This document shows, in pieces, positions 53,494 to 62,841 of a stretch of 64,000 nt of DNA. A program made the position numbers and the translations under genes. Numbering within the stretch: the stretch's first letter is position 1; the number at the start of each line of letters is the position of its first letter. A model generated the notes under the pieces. That model searched no databases and was not told the DNA's origin. It saw only the letters and a list, made by a program, of their open reading frames with translations. Source of the DNA: Prosthecobacter sp. (GTDB taxonomy: Bacteria > Verrucomicrobiota > Verrucomicrobiia > Verrucomicrobiales > Verrucomicrobiaceae); NCBI RefSeq assembly GCF_046154365.1, contig NZ_JBJXFV010000065.1, positions 2,006-66,005 on the forward strand, in the 5' to 3' direction.

Positions 53494-53591
53494 TGAACAC
53501 CATCAAGCTCACTCTCCTTTCCGCCCTGCTGCTCGCGCCGCAGGCCGCGCTCCACGCGGCCGATGCGCCTGCCACGGAATGGAAGAAATGA
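53493..53591 (+). pseudogene. 32-codon ORF encoding only a signal peptide (MNTIKLTLLSALLLAPQAALHAADAPATEWKK); probable 5' remnant of a secreted-protein gene
   Basis: It is below the ORF-track size cutoff and I translated it by hand. Its ATG overlaps the SGNH gene stop (TGATG at 53491-53495). Bases 53521-53571 resemble the signal-peptide coding region of the gene at 58105 (44/51 identical by hand alignment). Confidence 0.25.
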
Positions 53592-54112
53592 ATCCCAACA
53601 CAAAGCGCACCCTCACCGTTCCCAGCTACTTTTGGAAATCAGCTTGGCAGGTTGTTTGCCGAGTCGCTTGCAGGAACTCCGGGAAGCGATGGGTTTGAGC
53701 TACGTCTGCCCAGGCTCGTGAGCGTGGCATTAGCCGGGAATCCATCGGTAGGAGCAACGGTGGCTGCGTCAGACTGACCGCAGAGGAACCAGCGATTCGG
53801 GAATTGTGGACGAGGGGCTGAGGCCGCTCGCGAGGCATCTGCAGGACATCACGGTCGTGCAGGGCTGCTCGAATAAGTTTGCCAACGAAGGGCACTGGTG
53901 CTGCACATTCTGACTCACGGGCGCGAATCGGTATGCGGAGCCGGAGCAGAGCTTCCACAATGGCATCGGTGCCGATCAGGTGGCGGCGGCGCATTTGCGT
54001 AAGGAGACGCGCTTTGCCTCGATCCAGCTCAACACTCCAGACGTGGCGGAACTTCGAGCAAGTCTATTTCCTTTGTTAAAAAGCGCACTGAAACACACGT
54101 ATTCGATGACTC

Positions 54113-55390
54113 ATGAAAACCCGCCGCCAATTTCTTCGCAATGCCAGCACGCTCATCGCTCTGCCGATGCTGGAGTCTTTTTCGCCGCGTGGTGTCGCTG
54201 CGGACGCGACGGGCCAAGTCTCTGCCAACGCGCGAGCGAAGCGGCTTGTGTGCGTGGGTGCGTATCTCGGGCTTCATGCGCCGGCCATTTATCCGAAGGG
54301 CACCGGCTCAGACTACGAACTGACTCCGCTGCTGCAGCCGCTAGCGCATCTGCGGGGCGATTTCACGCTGTTCTCCGGGCTGGATCATCGCGCGCCGGGC
54401 GGGCACGGAAACTGGCCGAACTTTCTTTGCGGCAAGAAGATCAGAGCGGTGACGCTCGACCAGCAGGTCGCCGCGAAGATCGGGGGCGCGACGCGCTTTG
54501 CCTCGCTGGTGCTCGCGGCCGGGAGTTCTGAGGGCGGCGTGGCGATGAGTTACGGCGAGGGGGGCGTGGCGCTGCCGAGCATCAATCGCCCGAGCGTGCT
54601 CTACAAAAAGATGTTTGCCTCCGATGCGGACCGGCAGCGCACGGAGTATCTGCTGAAGAGCGGCCACAGCGCGCTGGACCGCGTGCTCGATGAAGCGCGC
54701 GCGATGCAGAAGCGCGTGAGCAGCAGCGACCGCGTGAAGCTCGACGAGTATTTCACCTCCATCCGCGAAGTGGAGACGCGCATGGGCCGGCAGCTCGAGC
54801 ATTTGCACGACGTGGTGCCGGTGCCGGATTACACGATGCCGGAGGCCGACCCGGTGGCGATGAATCAGATGCTCGAATGCGAAGCGGTGATGCTCGACCT
54901 GATGGCCATCGCGTTGCAGACGGACTCGTGCCGCGTGCTCGGGCTGCGTCTGCCGGGTGAAAGCCAGGTCTTCACCATCGACGGGCAGATGCTGAAGTTC
55001 AGCTATCACTCCATGTCGCATCATGGAAACGACCCCGTCAAAGTCGGCGAGTTGATCAAGGTGGACACGCAGCACATGCGGCTCTTTGCGCGCTTCATCG
55101 AGCAGCTCAAAACGAAGACCGACGCCGAGGGCCGCGCCCTGCTCGACAGCACTATCGTGATGTGGGGCAGCGGCATGGGCGACGCGAGCCTCCACGGGAA
55201 CACCAACATCCCCACGCTCGTGGCCGGTGGCGGGCTGAAACACGGACGCCATCTCGCCCTTGCCAGAAGGAAGCCGTCGGACAAGGAAATCCTGCTCGGT
55301 GATTTGTTCATCACGCTGCAGCGGCAGCTCGGCATCGAGTGCAACCGCTTCTGCGAGGCGCGGAACGGCATGGATGAGTTGCTGGCATGA
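54113..55390 (+). CDS. DUF1552 domain protein (Tat signal)
   Basis: ORF of 425 aa. Supporting segments are MKTRRQFLRNASTLIALPMLESF, KLDEYFTSIREVE, FSYHSMSHHG and WGSGMGDASLHGNTNIPTLVAGGG. It forms an ATGA overlap with the next gene (55387-55390). Confidence 0.85.
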   Translation: MKTRRQFLRNASTLIALPMLESFSPRGVAADATGQVSANARAKRLVCVGAYLGLHAPAIYPKGTGSDYELTPLLQPLAHLRGDFTLFSGLDHRAPGGHGNWPNFLCGKKIRAVTLDQQVAAKIGGATRFASLVLAAGSSEGGVAMSYGEGGVALPSINRPSVLYKKMFASDADRQRTEYLLKSGHSALDRVLDEARAMQKRVSSSDRVKLDEYFTSIREVETRMGRQLEHLHDVVPVPDYTMPEADPVAMNQMLECEAVMLDLMAIALQTDSCRVLGLRLPGESQVFTIDGQMLKFSYHSMSHHGNDPVKVGELIKVDTQHMRLFARFIEQLKTKTDAEGRALLDSTIVMWGSGMGDASLHGNTNIPTLVAGGGLKHGRHLALARRKPSDKEILLGDLFITLQRQLGIECNRFCEARNGMDELLA

Positions 55391-58077
55391 ACTTGCTCCG
55401 CATCAGTTTGATGAGCGGGCTGGTGCTCGCGTCGCCGGGCTTTTGCCCAGCGGAACCGCTGCCAGCGCCGTTGGCGTCGTTTCTCTCCGCGCACTGTCTC
55501 GACTGCCACGATGCGGCGATGACGAAGGGCGAGGTGAATCTCGACTTCCGTGAAGTGAACTGGAACGACGCGGCGAGCGTGCTGCTGCTGGAGCGCGCGC
55601 ACCGCGCCGTGACGCGCGGTGAGATGCCGCCGAAAAAGAAGGCGCGCCCTGCGACGGAGGAAACCGCGGCCTTTCTCGCGTGGCTGGATGACGGACTCAT
55701 GCACAAGGTCCCGCAGCACGGCACCACGTTCCGACGCCTGAGCCGCGTGGAATACGCGCGCACCGTCGAGCAGGTGTTCGGCACTCGTTTCGAGCTGCCG
55801 ACGAGTTTTCCCGAGGACACTCGCGCGCATGGTTTCGATAGCGTCGCCGAGGCTCTTACGCTCTCGCCCGCGCTGCTGGAATCGTATGCCGAATGCGCGT
55901 CGATGATTGCCGATGATTTCTTCGCGCCGCCGAAGCCAACGCTGCCGCCGGCAAAGAAATTCACCGCGCGCATGAGAGACATGTCGTCGTCGAACAACAG
56001 CTACGGCCCCACCACGCTGCTAGTCGGGGATGTGATGCGGCTCGCGCTGCGCAAGGAATCCTCCTTTCCGACGAAGTTCGAGGCGAAGGTTTCCGCGATG
56101 TATCGCGTCCGCGTGAAGGCCCGCGCGGTGAAGCCGGAGCCCGGTCGCGCCATCACGCTCGCCGTCACCGGCAACGGCCGGGAAATCAAAAAAATCAGCG
56201 TGCCGGAAACCGGCGAGATTGATGAGACCATCGAGGTCGCCATTTTCGCGGGGCGCAGCGCCGAGTTCACCTACGCCGATGCGCCGAACGCGAACATCAA
56301 CTCCAACTTCCCGCATCCGCAGACCGAGGAGGACATCCTGCATCGCTTCCAGCAGCAGCCGCGACTGCTCGCCGCGTGGCTCTCCATCCATGAGGAAGTG
56401 ACGGACAAGGATGGCAAGCTGCGCACGAGAGCCAAAGGCACGCTCTTCGAGAACTTGGAAACCTCCAAGGTCGCGATTCTCAAAAACATCGACGAGGCGG
56501 TGAAGCGCACGGACCTCGACCTCAACACGGCCACGCCGGATGCCGCGCGGCATTTGTATAAGGTGATGGTCGGCACCGACCAGGGCGCGCCGAATATCAA
56601 CAAAGGGTTCTTCCAGCGCTACACCGAGGCGATCAATCGGCAGGCTTTCACCGAGTGCGCCGCCATCGACCTGCTCGCCGTGGAAATTGAAGGCCCTCTC
56701 CAAGCGGTGGAGGATGACACCGATGCGCAGCGCACGCGGATGCGCGCACAGTTGCTCAACAACGAGATTCCCGCTGACGCGAAGGACGTCGCAGCCATGA
56801 AAAAGGCTGCGGCCATCATGTTGACGAAACTTTTCCGCCGTCCGGCCAAGGACGAAGAAGCCGCCGCCTACGCTGCCATCGGCGTCGAGCACGCCAGCGC
56901 AGGACGCAGCCTGAATGAAGCGCTGCATCTCATGCTGCGCACCGCGTTGATCTCGCCGCAGTTCATCTACCGCGAGCAGCCGCATGAGAGACTCGATGCA
57001 CACGATCTCGCCACGAGGCTCGCCTACATGCTCACCGTGCGACCGCCGGACAAAAACCTGCTCGCCGCAGCCGCGAACGACAGCCTCACCAAGCCAGAAA
57101 CGCTTCGCGCCGAAGCAGAGCGTTTGCTCAAGACGAAGGAGGCGAAGTTTGCCCTCATGCACTTCGCCCATCAGTGGCTCGGCACGCGCATGCTGCCGAA
57201 AATCTCGCCCGATCCGCTGCTCGGGCCATTCACCGAGAAACACCTCGCGGGTCTGAGTGAGGAAATCGAGATGACGCTGGGTGAAGCGCTCGAAAAGAAC
57301 CTTCCGGTCGGCGAGCTCATCGATCCCGACTTCACTTTCACCAACACCCGCGTGGGCCGCGACATCTACGCGCTCGGCAAGGACTGGCTCACGCAAGTCG
57401 CGAGCAAAAGCGACAAATCATCCGACGGCAGCGGCCCCACCTTTCGGATCGAAGTCCCGCGAGGCGGTCGCATGGGCGGCCTGCTCGGCATGGCCGGCAT
57501 CATGATGGCCACCGCCAATGGCGTGGACACGCAGCCCGTGGTGCGTGGCAAATGGGTGCTCGAAAACATCTTCGGCGATCCGCCACCACCTCCACCGGCC
57601 TCCGTCCCCGCCATCACGCCCGACACGCGCAACGCCAAAACCATCCGCGACCTCATGGCAGCACACACGGCGGATGCAAAGTGCGCTGGCTGCCACAAGA
57701 AACTCGATCCCCCCGGCTTCGTCCTGGAAAACTATGACGCCATCGGCAAATGGCGCGATACGTATCCCGTGCATCTCACCGGCCCCGACGGCAAAATCAC
57801 CAGCAAGCCTGGCCCCGCCGTCAACTCTGCCTCCGTGATGCCCGATGGCACTGCGCTCAAAGACGTCACCGACCTCAAGCGATACGTCCGCCAACATCTC
57901 GACCAGTTCGCCGGTTGCCTCGCCGAGAAACTTTTCACCTACGGCACCGGCCGCACGCCCAGCTACGCCGAGCGCCAGGAACTCCACACCTCCGCCGACC
58001 GCATCCTCGCCGACCACGGCGGCTTCCGCGACCTGCTGCTCGCTGTGATCGCAAGCGAAGCATTCAGGCTGCGGTGA
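55387..58077 (+). CDS. PSCyt3 / DUF1587 / DUF1595 / DUF1592 / DUF1588 / DUF1585-type giant haem-motif protein
   Basis: ORF of 896 aa. Motifs are CLDCHD, FRRLSRVEYARTVEQVFG and LISPQFIYR. Further motifs are DPDFTFTNTRV, PVVRGKWVLENIFG and CAGCHKKLDPPGFVLENYDAIGKWRD. Confidence 0.85.
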   Translation: MNLLRISLMSGLVLASPGFCPAEPLPAPLASFLSAHCLDCHDAAMTKGEVNLDFREVNWNDAASVLLLERAHRAVTRGEMPPKKKARPATEETAAFLAWLDDGLMHKVPQHGTTFRRLSRVEYARTVEQVFGTRFELPTSFPEDTRAHGFDSVAEALTLSPALLESYAECASMIADDFFAPPKPTLPPAKKFTARMRDMSSSNNSYGPTTLLVGDVMRLALRKESSFPTKFEAKVSAMYRVRVKARAVKPEPGRAITLAVTGNGREIKKISVPETGEIDETIEVAIFAGRSAEFTYADAPNANINSNFPHPQTEEDILHRFQQQPRLLAAWLSIHEEVTDKDGKLRTRAKGTLFENLETSKVAILKNIDEAVKRTDLDLNTATPDAARHLYKVMVGTDQGAPNINKGFFQRYTEAINRQAFTECAAIDLLAVEIEGPLQAVEDDTDAQRTRMRAQLLNNEIPADAKDVAAMKKAAAIMLTKLFRRPAKDEEAAAYAAIGVEHASAGRSLNEALHLMLRTALISPQFIYREQPHERLDAHDLATRLAYMLTVRPPDKNLLAAAANDSLTKPETLRAEAERLLKTKEAKFALMHFAHQWLGTRMLPKISPDPLLGPFTEKHLAGLSEEIEMTLGEALEKNLPVGELIDPDFTFTNTRVGRDIYALGKDWLTQVASKSDKSSDGSGPTFRIEVPRGGRMGGLLGMAGIMMATANGVDTQPVVRGKWVLENIFGDPPPPPPASVPAITPDTRNAKTIRDLMAAHTADAKCAGCHKKLDPPGFVLENYDAIGKWRDTYPVHLTGPDGKITSKPGPAVNSASVMPDGTALKDVTDLKRYVRQHLDQFAGCLAEKLFTYGTGRTPSYAERQELHTSADRILADHGGFRDLLLAVIASEAFRLR

Positions 58078-58104
58078 ACGGAACGCTTTCCAAAAAGCAT
58101 TTCC

Positions 58105-58764
58105 ATGAAATACATCCTCCTCACCGCCCTGTTGCTCGCGCCGCTGGCCGCGCTGCACGCAGCCGACGCACCCGTTTCTCACCGCGTCCTGTGCACCGAC
58201 TACAAGGGCAACCGCGTGGTCATTCTCTCGGCCAAGGGCGAGATCGAATGGGAGTTTCCGGCGAAGACGCCGCAGGATTGCTGGTTGCTGCCAAATGGGA
58301 ACGTGCTCTTCAGCCAGATTACCGGAGCGGCGGAGGTGACGATGGATAAGAAGGTGGTGGAACTCGATGCCGACGGTGCGCAGTTGCGCGAGGTTGCCTT
58401 CGACGGCCAACCGGGTGCAGTCGTGAAGCTGCCGAATGGGCATCTCATCGTCAGTCTTTGGGACAAGACGAGCATCGTCGAACTCGACGAAAACTTGAAG
58501 ACCGTCTGGCAGATTGCGGAGAACGAAATCCCCGGCAATCCACTGCGCATCCCGATGGGCATCCATCGCCTGCCCAATGGCAACACCGTCATCGGCAACT
58601 ACATCGGTCACGGTTTCGAGGGCAAGCAGCCGATGGTCTTCGAGGTCACGCGCGACAAGAAAGTCGTGTGGGAATTCGCCGACCACGCACGTTTCAAAAC
58701 CGTGTGCCAGATGCAGGTGCTCGATGTGCCTGCCGACGCGACAAAAGGCGAAGTGCTTCGCTGA
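58105..58764 (+). CDS. secreted hypothetical protein, beta-propeller-like repeats
   Basis: ORF of 219 aa. The signal peptide is MKYILLTALLLAPLAALHA. Recurring LPNGN/LPNGH + V/I-rich strand units occur (LLPNGNVLFS, KLPNGHLIVS, RLPNGNTVIG). Confidence 0.6.
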   Translation: MKYILLTALLLAPLAALHAADAPVSHRVLCTDYKGNRVVILSAKGEIEWEFPAKTPQDCWLLPNGNVLFSQITGAAEVTMDKKVVELDADGAQLREVAFDGQPGAVVKLPNGHLIVSLWDKTSIVELDENLKTVWQIAENEIPGNPLRIPMGIHRLPNGNTVIGNYIGHGFEGKQPMVFEVTRDKKVVWEFADHARFKTVCQMQVLDVPADATKGEVLR

Positions 58765-60222
58765 ATGCCTCCACCATTGAACCCCATGAACACACTTCCA
58801 CTTCACACCCGACGCGATTTTCTCGCCGGCATCAGCAGCGGATTCGCGGGAGTCGCGCTTTCGCAAATGCTCGCTCGCGATGCCTTCGCCAGCGTCCCAG
58901 TGCCGAGGCCGGAGTTCAATGGCGGCATTCATCATCCGGCCAAAGTGAAGCGCGTCATTCAGCTCTTCATGAACGGCGGCGCGAGCCCGATGGACCTCTG
59001 GGATTACAAGCCGATGCTCACGAAACAGCACGGGCAGAAGCTCGGCTCGAAGGTGAAAATCGAAGGCGCGACCGGCATGCAGGGGCCGCTGATGAAGAGC
59101 CCGTTCGAGTTCAAGCAGCATGGTCAAAGCGGACGCTGGGCGAGCAGTCTATTTCCCGAGCAGGCGAAGCTCGTGGACGAGATGGCCTTTCTCATGGCGA
59201 TGCAGGGCCGGTCCAATGTGCATGGCCAGAGCGCCTACCTCATGAACAACGGCTTCCTTCTACCCGGCTTCCCGTGCATGGGCGCATGGATTTCCTACGC
59301 GCTCGGCAATCTCACCGACAACCTGCCCACCTTCATCGTGCTGCCCGATGCGCGCGGCCTGCCTTACAACGGACGCGGTTGCTTCACCTCCGGCTTCCTG
59401 CCCGCGGTGCATCAAGGCACCGTGATCAAAGCAGGCGCGTCGCAACCCATCCCCGACCTCTTTGCCAGTGACAAGTTCGCCTTCGCCACGCGCCAGGCCG
59501 ATGGCGACGGTCTCGCCTTGCTGAACCAAATGAATCATGCGCACGCCGCGCAGCATCCCGGTGATTCACGACTCGATGCCCGCGTTGCCGGCTATCAACT
59601 CGCCGCGAAACTTCAGCTCAGTGCGCCGGAAGCCTTCGACGTGATGCGCGAGCCCGAGTCCGCCCGCAAAGCCTATTGCCTCGACAGCGCCGACAAACCC
59701 ACCGCCGACTTCGGCAAACGCTGCCTGCTCGCCACGCGACTCATCGAGCGCGGCGTGCGTTTTGTCCAAGTCTGGAGTGGCCCCGAGGGCGCGGTGAACA
59801 ACTGGGACAACCACGGTGACATTCCCAAACAGCTCCCGCCCATGGCTGCGAGCATCGACAAGCCCATCGCCGCGCTGCTTCAAGACCTCCGCCAGCGCGG
59901 CCTCGCCGAAGACACGCTCGTGATCTGGACCACCGAGTTCGGCCGCACGCCGTTTTCACAAGGCTCACTCGGTCGCGACCACAACTGCGGCAGCTTCGTG
60001 AGCTGGCTCTGGGGCGCTGGTGTGAAGCCCGGCATTGCCCACGGAGAAAGCGATGACTGGTGCTATCAAGCCCGGCACGACATCACCACCGGCTACGACA
60101 TGCATGCCACCATCTTGCACCTGCTCGGCATCGATCACGAGAAACTCACTGTCCGCACGAATGGCGTCGATCGACGTCTCACGGATGTGCATGGGCGGGT
60201 GGTGGCCGAGTTGCTTGCATAG
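58765..60222 (+). CDS. DUF1501 domain protein (Tat signal)
   Basis: ORF of 485 aa. ATG 58765 starts immediately after the upstream TGA stop (58762-58764), and ATG 58786 is an alternative. Supporting segments are HTRRDFLAGISSGFAG, FMNGGASPMDLWDYKP, ALGNLTDNLPTFIVLP and TEFGRTP...GRDHN. Confidence 0.9.
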   Translation: MPPPLNPMNTLPLHTRRDFLAGISSGFAGVALSQMLARDAFASVPVPRPEFNGGIHHPAKVKRVIQLFMNGGASPMDLWDYKPMLTKQHGQKLGSKVKIEGATGMQGPLMKSPFEFKQHGQSGRWASSLFPEQAKLVDEMAFLMAMQGRSNVHGQSAYLMNNGFLLPGFPCMGAWISYALGNLTDNLPTFIVLPDARGLPYNGRGCFTSGFLPAVHQGTVIKAGASQPIPDLFASDKFAFATRQADGDGLALLNQMNHAHAAQHPGDSRLDARVAGYQLAAKLQLSAPEAFDVMREPESARKAYCLDSADKPTADFGKRCLLATRLIERGVRFVQVWSGPEGAVNNWDNHGDIPKQLPPMAASIDKPIAALLQDLRQRGLAEDTLVIWTTEFGRTPFSQGSLGRDHNCGSFVSWLWGAGVKPGIAHGESDDWCYQARHDITTGYDMHATILHLLGIDHEKLTVRTNGVDRRLTDVHGRVVAELLA

Positions 60223-60251
60223 TTTGGCGGCAGCGCGGCGTTTATGCGGCT

Positions 60252-61412
60252 ATGAAACGTGTTATCGCTCTCGCTTGTCTGCTCGCTGTTCGTTGTCTGG
60301 CGGATGATCCCGTCGCCGTGTGGTCCAAGGACGTGACCATCAAGCCGATGTCGTCGATTGAAGGACGGCATTCAATTCACAGCTACTACGTGGCCAATCC
60401 TGAGAGTCCAGATGGCAAGCATGTGCTGTTCTTCACCTCAACGCATGCTGCAGGTTATGTCGGCGAGGTGCGTATCATGGAACGAGCTACGGGCAAAGAA
60501 ATCGTGCTGGCGGAGAATGTGCATACCGAGGACGCGCACCGCGTGGCATGTCAGCAGTGGCTCTCAGGCGGCAAGCGCGTGGCGTTCCATGAGGTGATCG
60601 ACAAAAAATGGCGTGTGGTCGTGGTCGATGTGGCGACGCTGGAGAAGACAATCGTCGCGGAAGATCATCAAGTCGGCTTTGGCAGACCGGAAGGCGATTT
60701 GCTGCCGATGTATGGCTGCCATTGGAAGCCGGGGCCGTATCGCGATCTCGAGGTGTGGGATGCGGCGACCGGCAAAACAACCACACGGGCCAAAATCGCC
60801 GAGGTGGAGGCGAAATACGGCGAATGGCTCGCCAAGGAGTTTGCGGGCAAGCCATGCTCGATCTTTTTTCCAGTCCTCAGCCCGGATTTGAAGCGGGTGT
60901 TCTTCAAAATCGCGGCGGGCAATGGCGGCGACAATTTCATGGCGAAGAACGCGAGTCATCGGCAGGGCATCGTCTGTTACGACTTTGAAAAAGCCGCATG
61001 CATCTGGCAGCGCGGCCAGTGGGGTCATCCAGGCTGGACGCCGGACTCTCATCACATCTTCGAGGTCGGTAATATCACGATGGACACCGACAAGCCGGTC
61101 TTCACTTACACGAAACTGAAGGACATCCCGAATCTGCGCGGCTCGCATCCTTCCGTCAGCCCCGATGGCAAGCTGATGGTCACCGACGGCATGACGGAGC
61201 CCGTGGGCGGCAAGCCGAACGAGTGGGGCATCATGGTGGCCGACATGAACGGCGGGAAATGGGTGCTGCTGCACAGCTTCGAGCAAAATCGCGGCGCACG
61301 CTCCTGGCGGCGCAACGATCCGCATCCCGCCTTCAGCGCGGACGGCAAACGCATTTACTACAACACGAGCGACGGCCAGTTCACGCGGTTGATGGTGGCG
61401 GAGCGTCCGTAA
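60252..61412 (+). CDS. secreted TolB/PD40-like beta-propeller protein
   Basis: Lies inside ORF 60060..61412(+), with the start at ATG 60252 (MKRVIALACLLAVRCLA). Repeated SPDGK/SADGK units occur (ESPDGKHVLF, LSPDLKRVFF, VSPDGKLMV, FSADGKRIYY). Confidence 0.65.
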   Translation: MKRVIALACLLAVRCLADDPVAVWSKDVTIKPMSSIEGRHSIHSYYVANPESPDGKHVLFFTSTHAAGYVGEVRIMERATGKEIVLAENVHTEDAHRVACQQWLSGGKRVAFHEVIDKKWRVVVVDVATLEKTIVAEDHQVGFGRPEGDLLPMYGCHWKPGPYRDLEVWDAATGKTTTRAKIAEVEAKYGEWLAKEFAGKPCSIFFPVLSPDLKRVFFKIAAGNGGDNFMAKNASHRQGIVCYDFEKAACIWQRGQWGHPGWTPDSHHIFEVGNITMDTDKPVFTYTKLKDIPNLRGSHPSVSPDGKLMVTDGMTEPVGGKPNEWGIMVADMNGGKWVLLHSFEQNRGARSWRRNDPHPAFSADGKRIYYNTSDGQFTRLMVAERP

Positions 61413-61423
61413 CTTGCACGCAG

Positions 61424-62815
61424 ATGAAAAGCCTTGTTGCGTTGCTGTTGCTGTCCGCGAGCGCTTTCGCCGCGAAGCCGAATATTGTCTTCATCTTCGT
61501 CGATAACTTTGGGAATGGCGATCTCGGCTGCTTTGGCTCCAAACTGCACCGCACGCCGAATGTGGACCGGCTGGCGGCGGCGGGGACGAAGTTCACGAGC
61601 TTTTATGTGGCGAGTGGTGTCTGCACGCCGAGCCGAGCGGCGTTCATGACGGGCTGTTACCCGCGTCGGGTGAACTTACATGTGAGCGACACGGGTGGTG
61701 CCGTGTTACAGCCGGTGGCGCGCAAGGGGCTGAATCCTGCCGAGGTCACGATGGCGGAAGTTTTGAAGAGCGCGGGTTATGCGACGATGTGCATCGGCAA
61801 ATGGCATCTGGGTGATCAGCCGGGCTTTTTGCCGACGAAGCAGGGCTTCGATGAATTTTTCGGCATTCCCTACAGCGATGACATGATGAAGGAGAAAAAG
61901 CCGGACGTGTGGCCGGAACTGCCGCTGATTCGTGGTGAAAAGGTCATCGAAGCACCGGCGGATCGCGATCATCTGGTGCAACGCTGCACCGAGGCGGCGA
62001 TTCGATTCATCGAGAAGCACGCGGCGGCGCCGTTCTTCCTCTATCTGCCGCACACGATGCCGGGATCGACGCCGCGGCCGTTTTCGAGCGAGAATTTCCG
62101 TGGCAAGAGCACGAATGGCGATTACGGCGATGCGGTGGAGGAACTGGACTGGAGCACGGGTGAGATCATGGCGGCGTTGCAACGGCTGAAGCTCGAGGAC
62201 AGCACGCTGATCGTCTGGACCTCGGACAATGGTGCCGTGAAACGCCATCCGCCGCAGGGCAGCAATGCGCCGTATCGCGGCTCAGGCTACGACACGTCCG
62301 AGGGCGCGATGCGCATGCCCTGTGTGATGCGTTGGCCGGGGAAAATCGCCGCCGGCGCGGTGAATGATGCGTTGTGCTCGACGATGGACATGCTGCCGAC
62401 GTTTGCGGCGCTCGCGGACGCGAAGCTGCCGCTGCAGAAGATCGACGGGCATGACATTCGTTCGATCTTGTTCGATGCGAGCAGCACGAAGTCGCCGTGG
62501 GATGACGATGGCTACTTCTTCTACCGCATGGAACAGCTCCAGGCCGTGCGGGCGGGTGATTGGAAGCTCTATCTGCCGCTGGAAGGCAAATTTGCGAACC
62601 TGCAGCGCAAGCGTGAGCCAGCCAGGCTCGAACTCTACGACGTGCGCCACGACGTGAGCGAGCAGCAGGAAGTCTCCGCGCAGCATCCTGAGATCGTGCA
62701 GCGCCTCGCGGCTCTCGCCGAGAAAGCGCGTGCTGACATTGGTGACGTGGACCGGCCTGGGACCGGCCAGCGTGAGGCGGGAATGGTCGAGCAAGCAGTG
62801 CCGCTCTTGCCGTGA
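61424..62815 (+). CDS. sulfatase (formylglycine-dependent family)
   Basis: Lies inside ORF 61223..62815(+), with the start at ATG 61424 (MKSLVALLLLSASAFA). Supporting segments are NIVFIFVDNFGNGDLG, the formylglycine motif CTPSRAAFMTG and GKWHLGD. Confidence 0.9.
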   Translation: MKSLVALLLLSASAFAAKPNIVFIFVDNFGNGDLGCFGSKLHRTPNVDRLAAAGTKFTSFYVASGVCTPSRAAFMTGCYPRRVNLHVSDTGGAVLQPVARKGLNPAEVTMAEVLKSAGYATMCIGKWHLGDQPGFLPTKQGFDEFFGIPYSDDMMKEKKPDVWPELPLIRGEKVIEAPADRDHLVQRCTEAAIRFIEKHAAAPFFLYLPHTMPGSTPRPFSSENFRGKSTNGDYGDAVEELDWSTGEIMAALQRLKLEDSTLIVWTSDNGAVKRHPPQGSNAPYRGSGYDTSEGAMRMPCVMRWPGKIAAGAVNDALCSTMDMLPTFAALADAKLPLQKIDGHDIRSILFDASSTKSPWDDDGYFFYRMEQLQAVRAGDWKLYLPLEGKFANLQRKREPARLELYDVRHDVSEQQEVSAQHPEIVQRLAALAEKARADIGDVDRPGTGQREAGMVEQAVPLLP

Positions 62816-62841
62816 GACGGATTGCCTGCTGTGTTGGCAGC

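Noticed and set aside
53680-53720. A GKRWV peptide reminiscent of the KRWVVERTF motif of IS5-family transposases
   Set aside because: The match stops after five residues, is followed by a stop codon, and the downstream frame (ATSAQARERGIS) shows no further similarity. I found no inverted repeats or transposase body.
52183-58118. A shared 14-nt start, ATGAAATACATCCT, in the genes at 52183 and 58105
   Set aside because: It is too short, and similarity does not continue beyond codon 5, so it is probably coincidence.
51098-59127. Long minus-strand ORFs 51098..52177, 52438..53328, 54341..55252, 55021..55830, 56020..57396 and 57418..59127
   Set aside because: All of them lie antisense to well-supported plus-strand genes, and all have shadow-frame composition.
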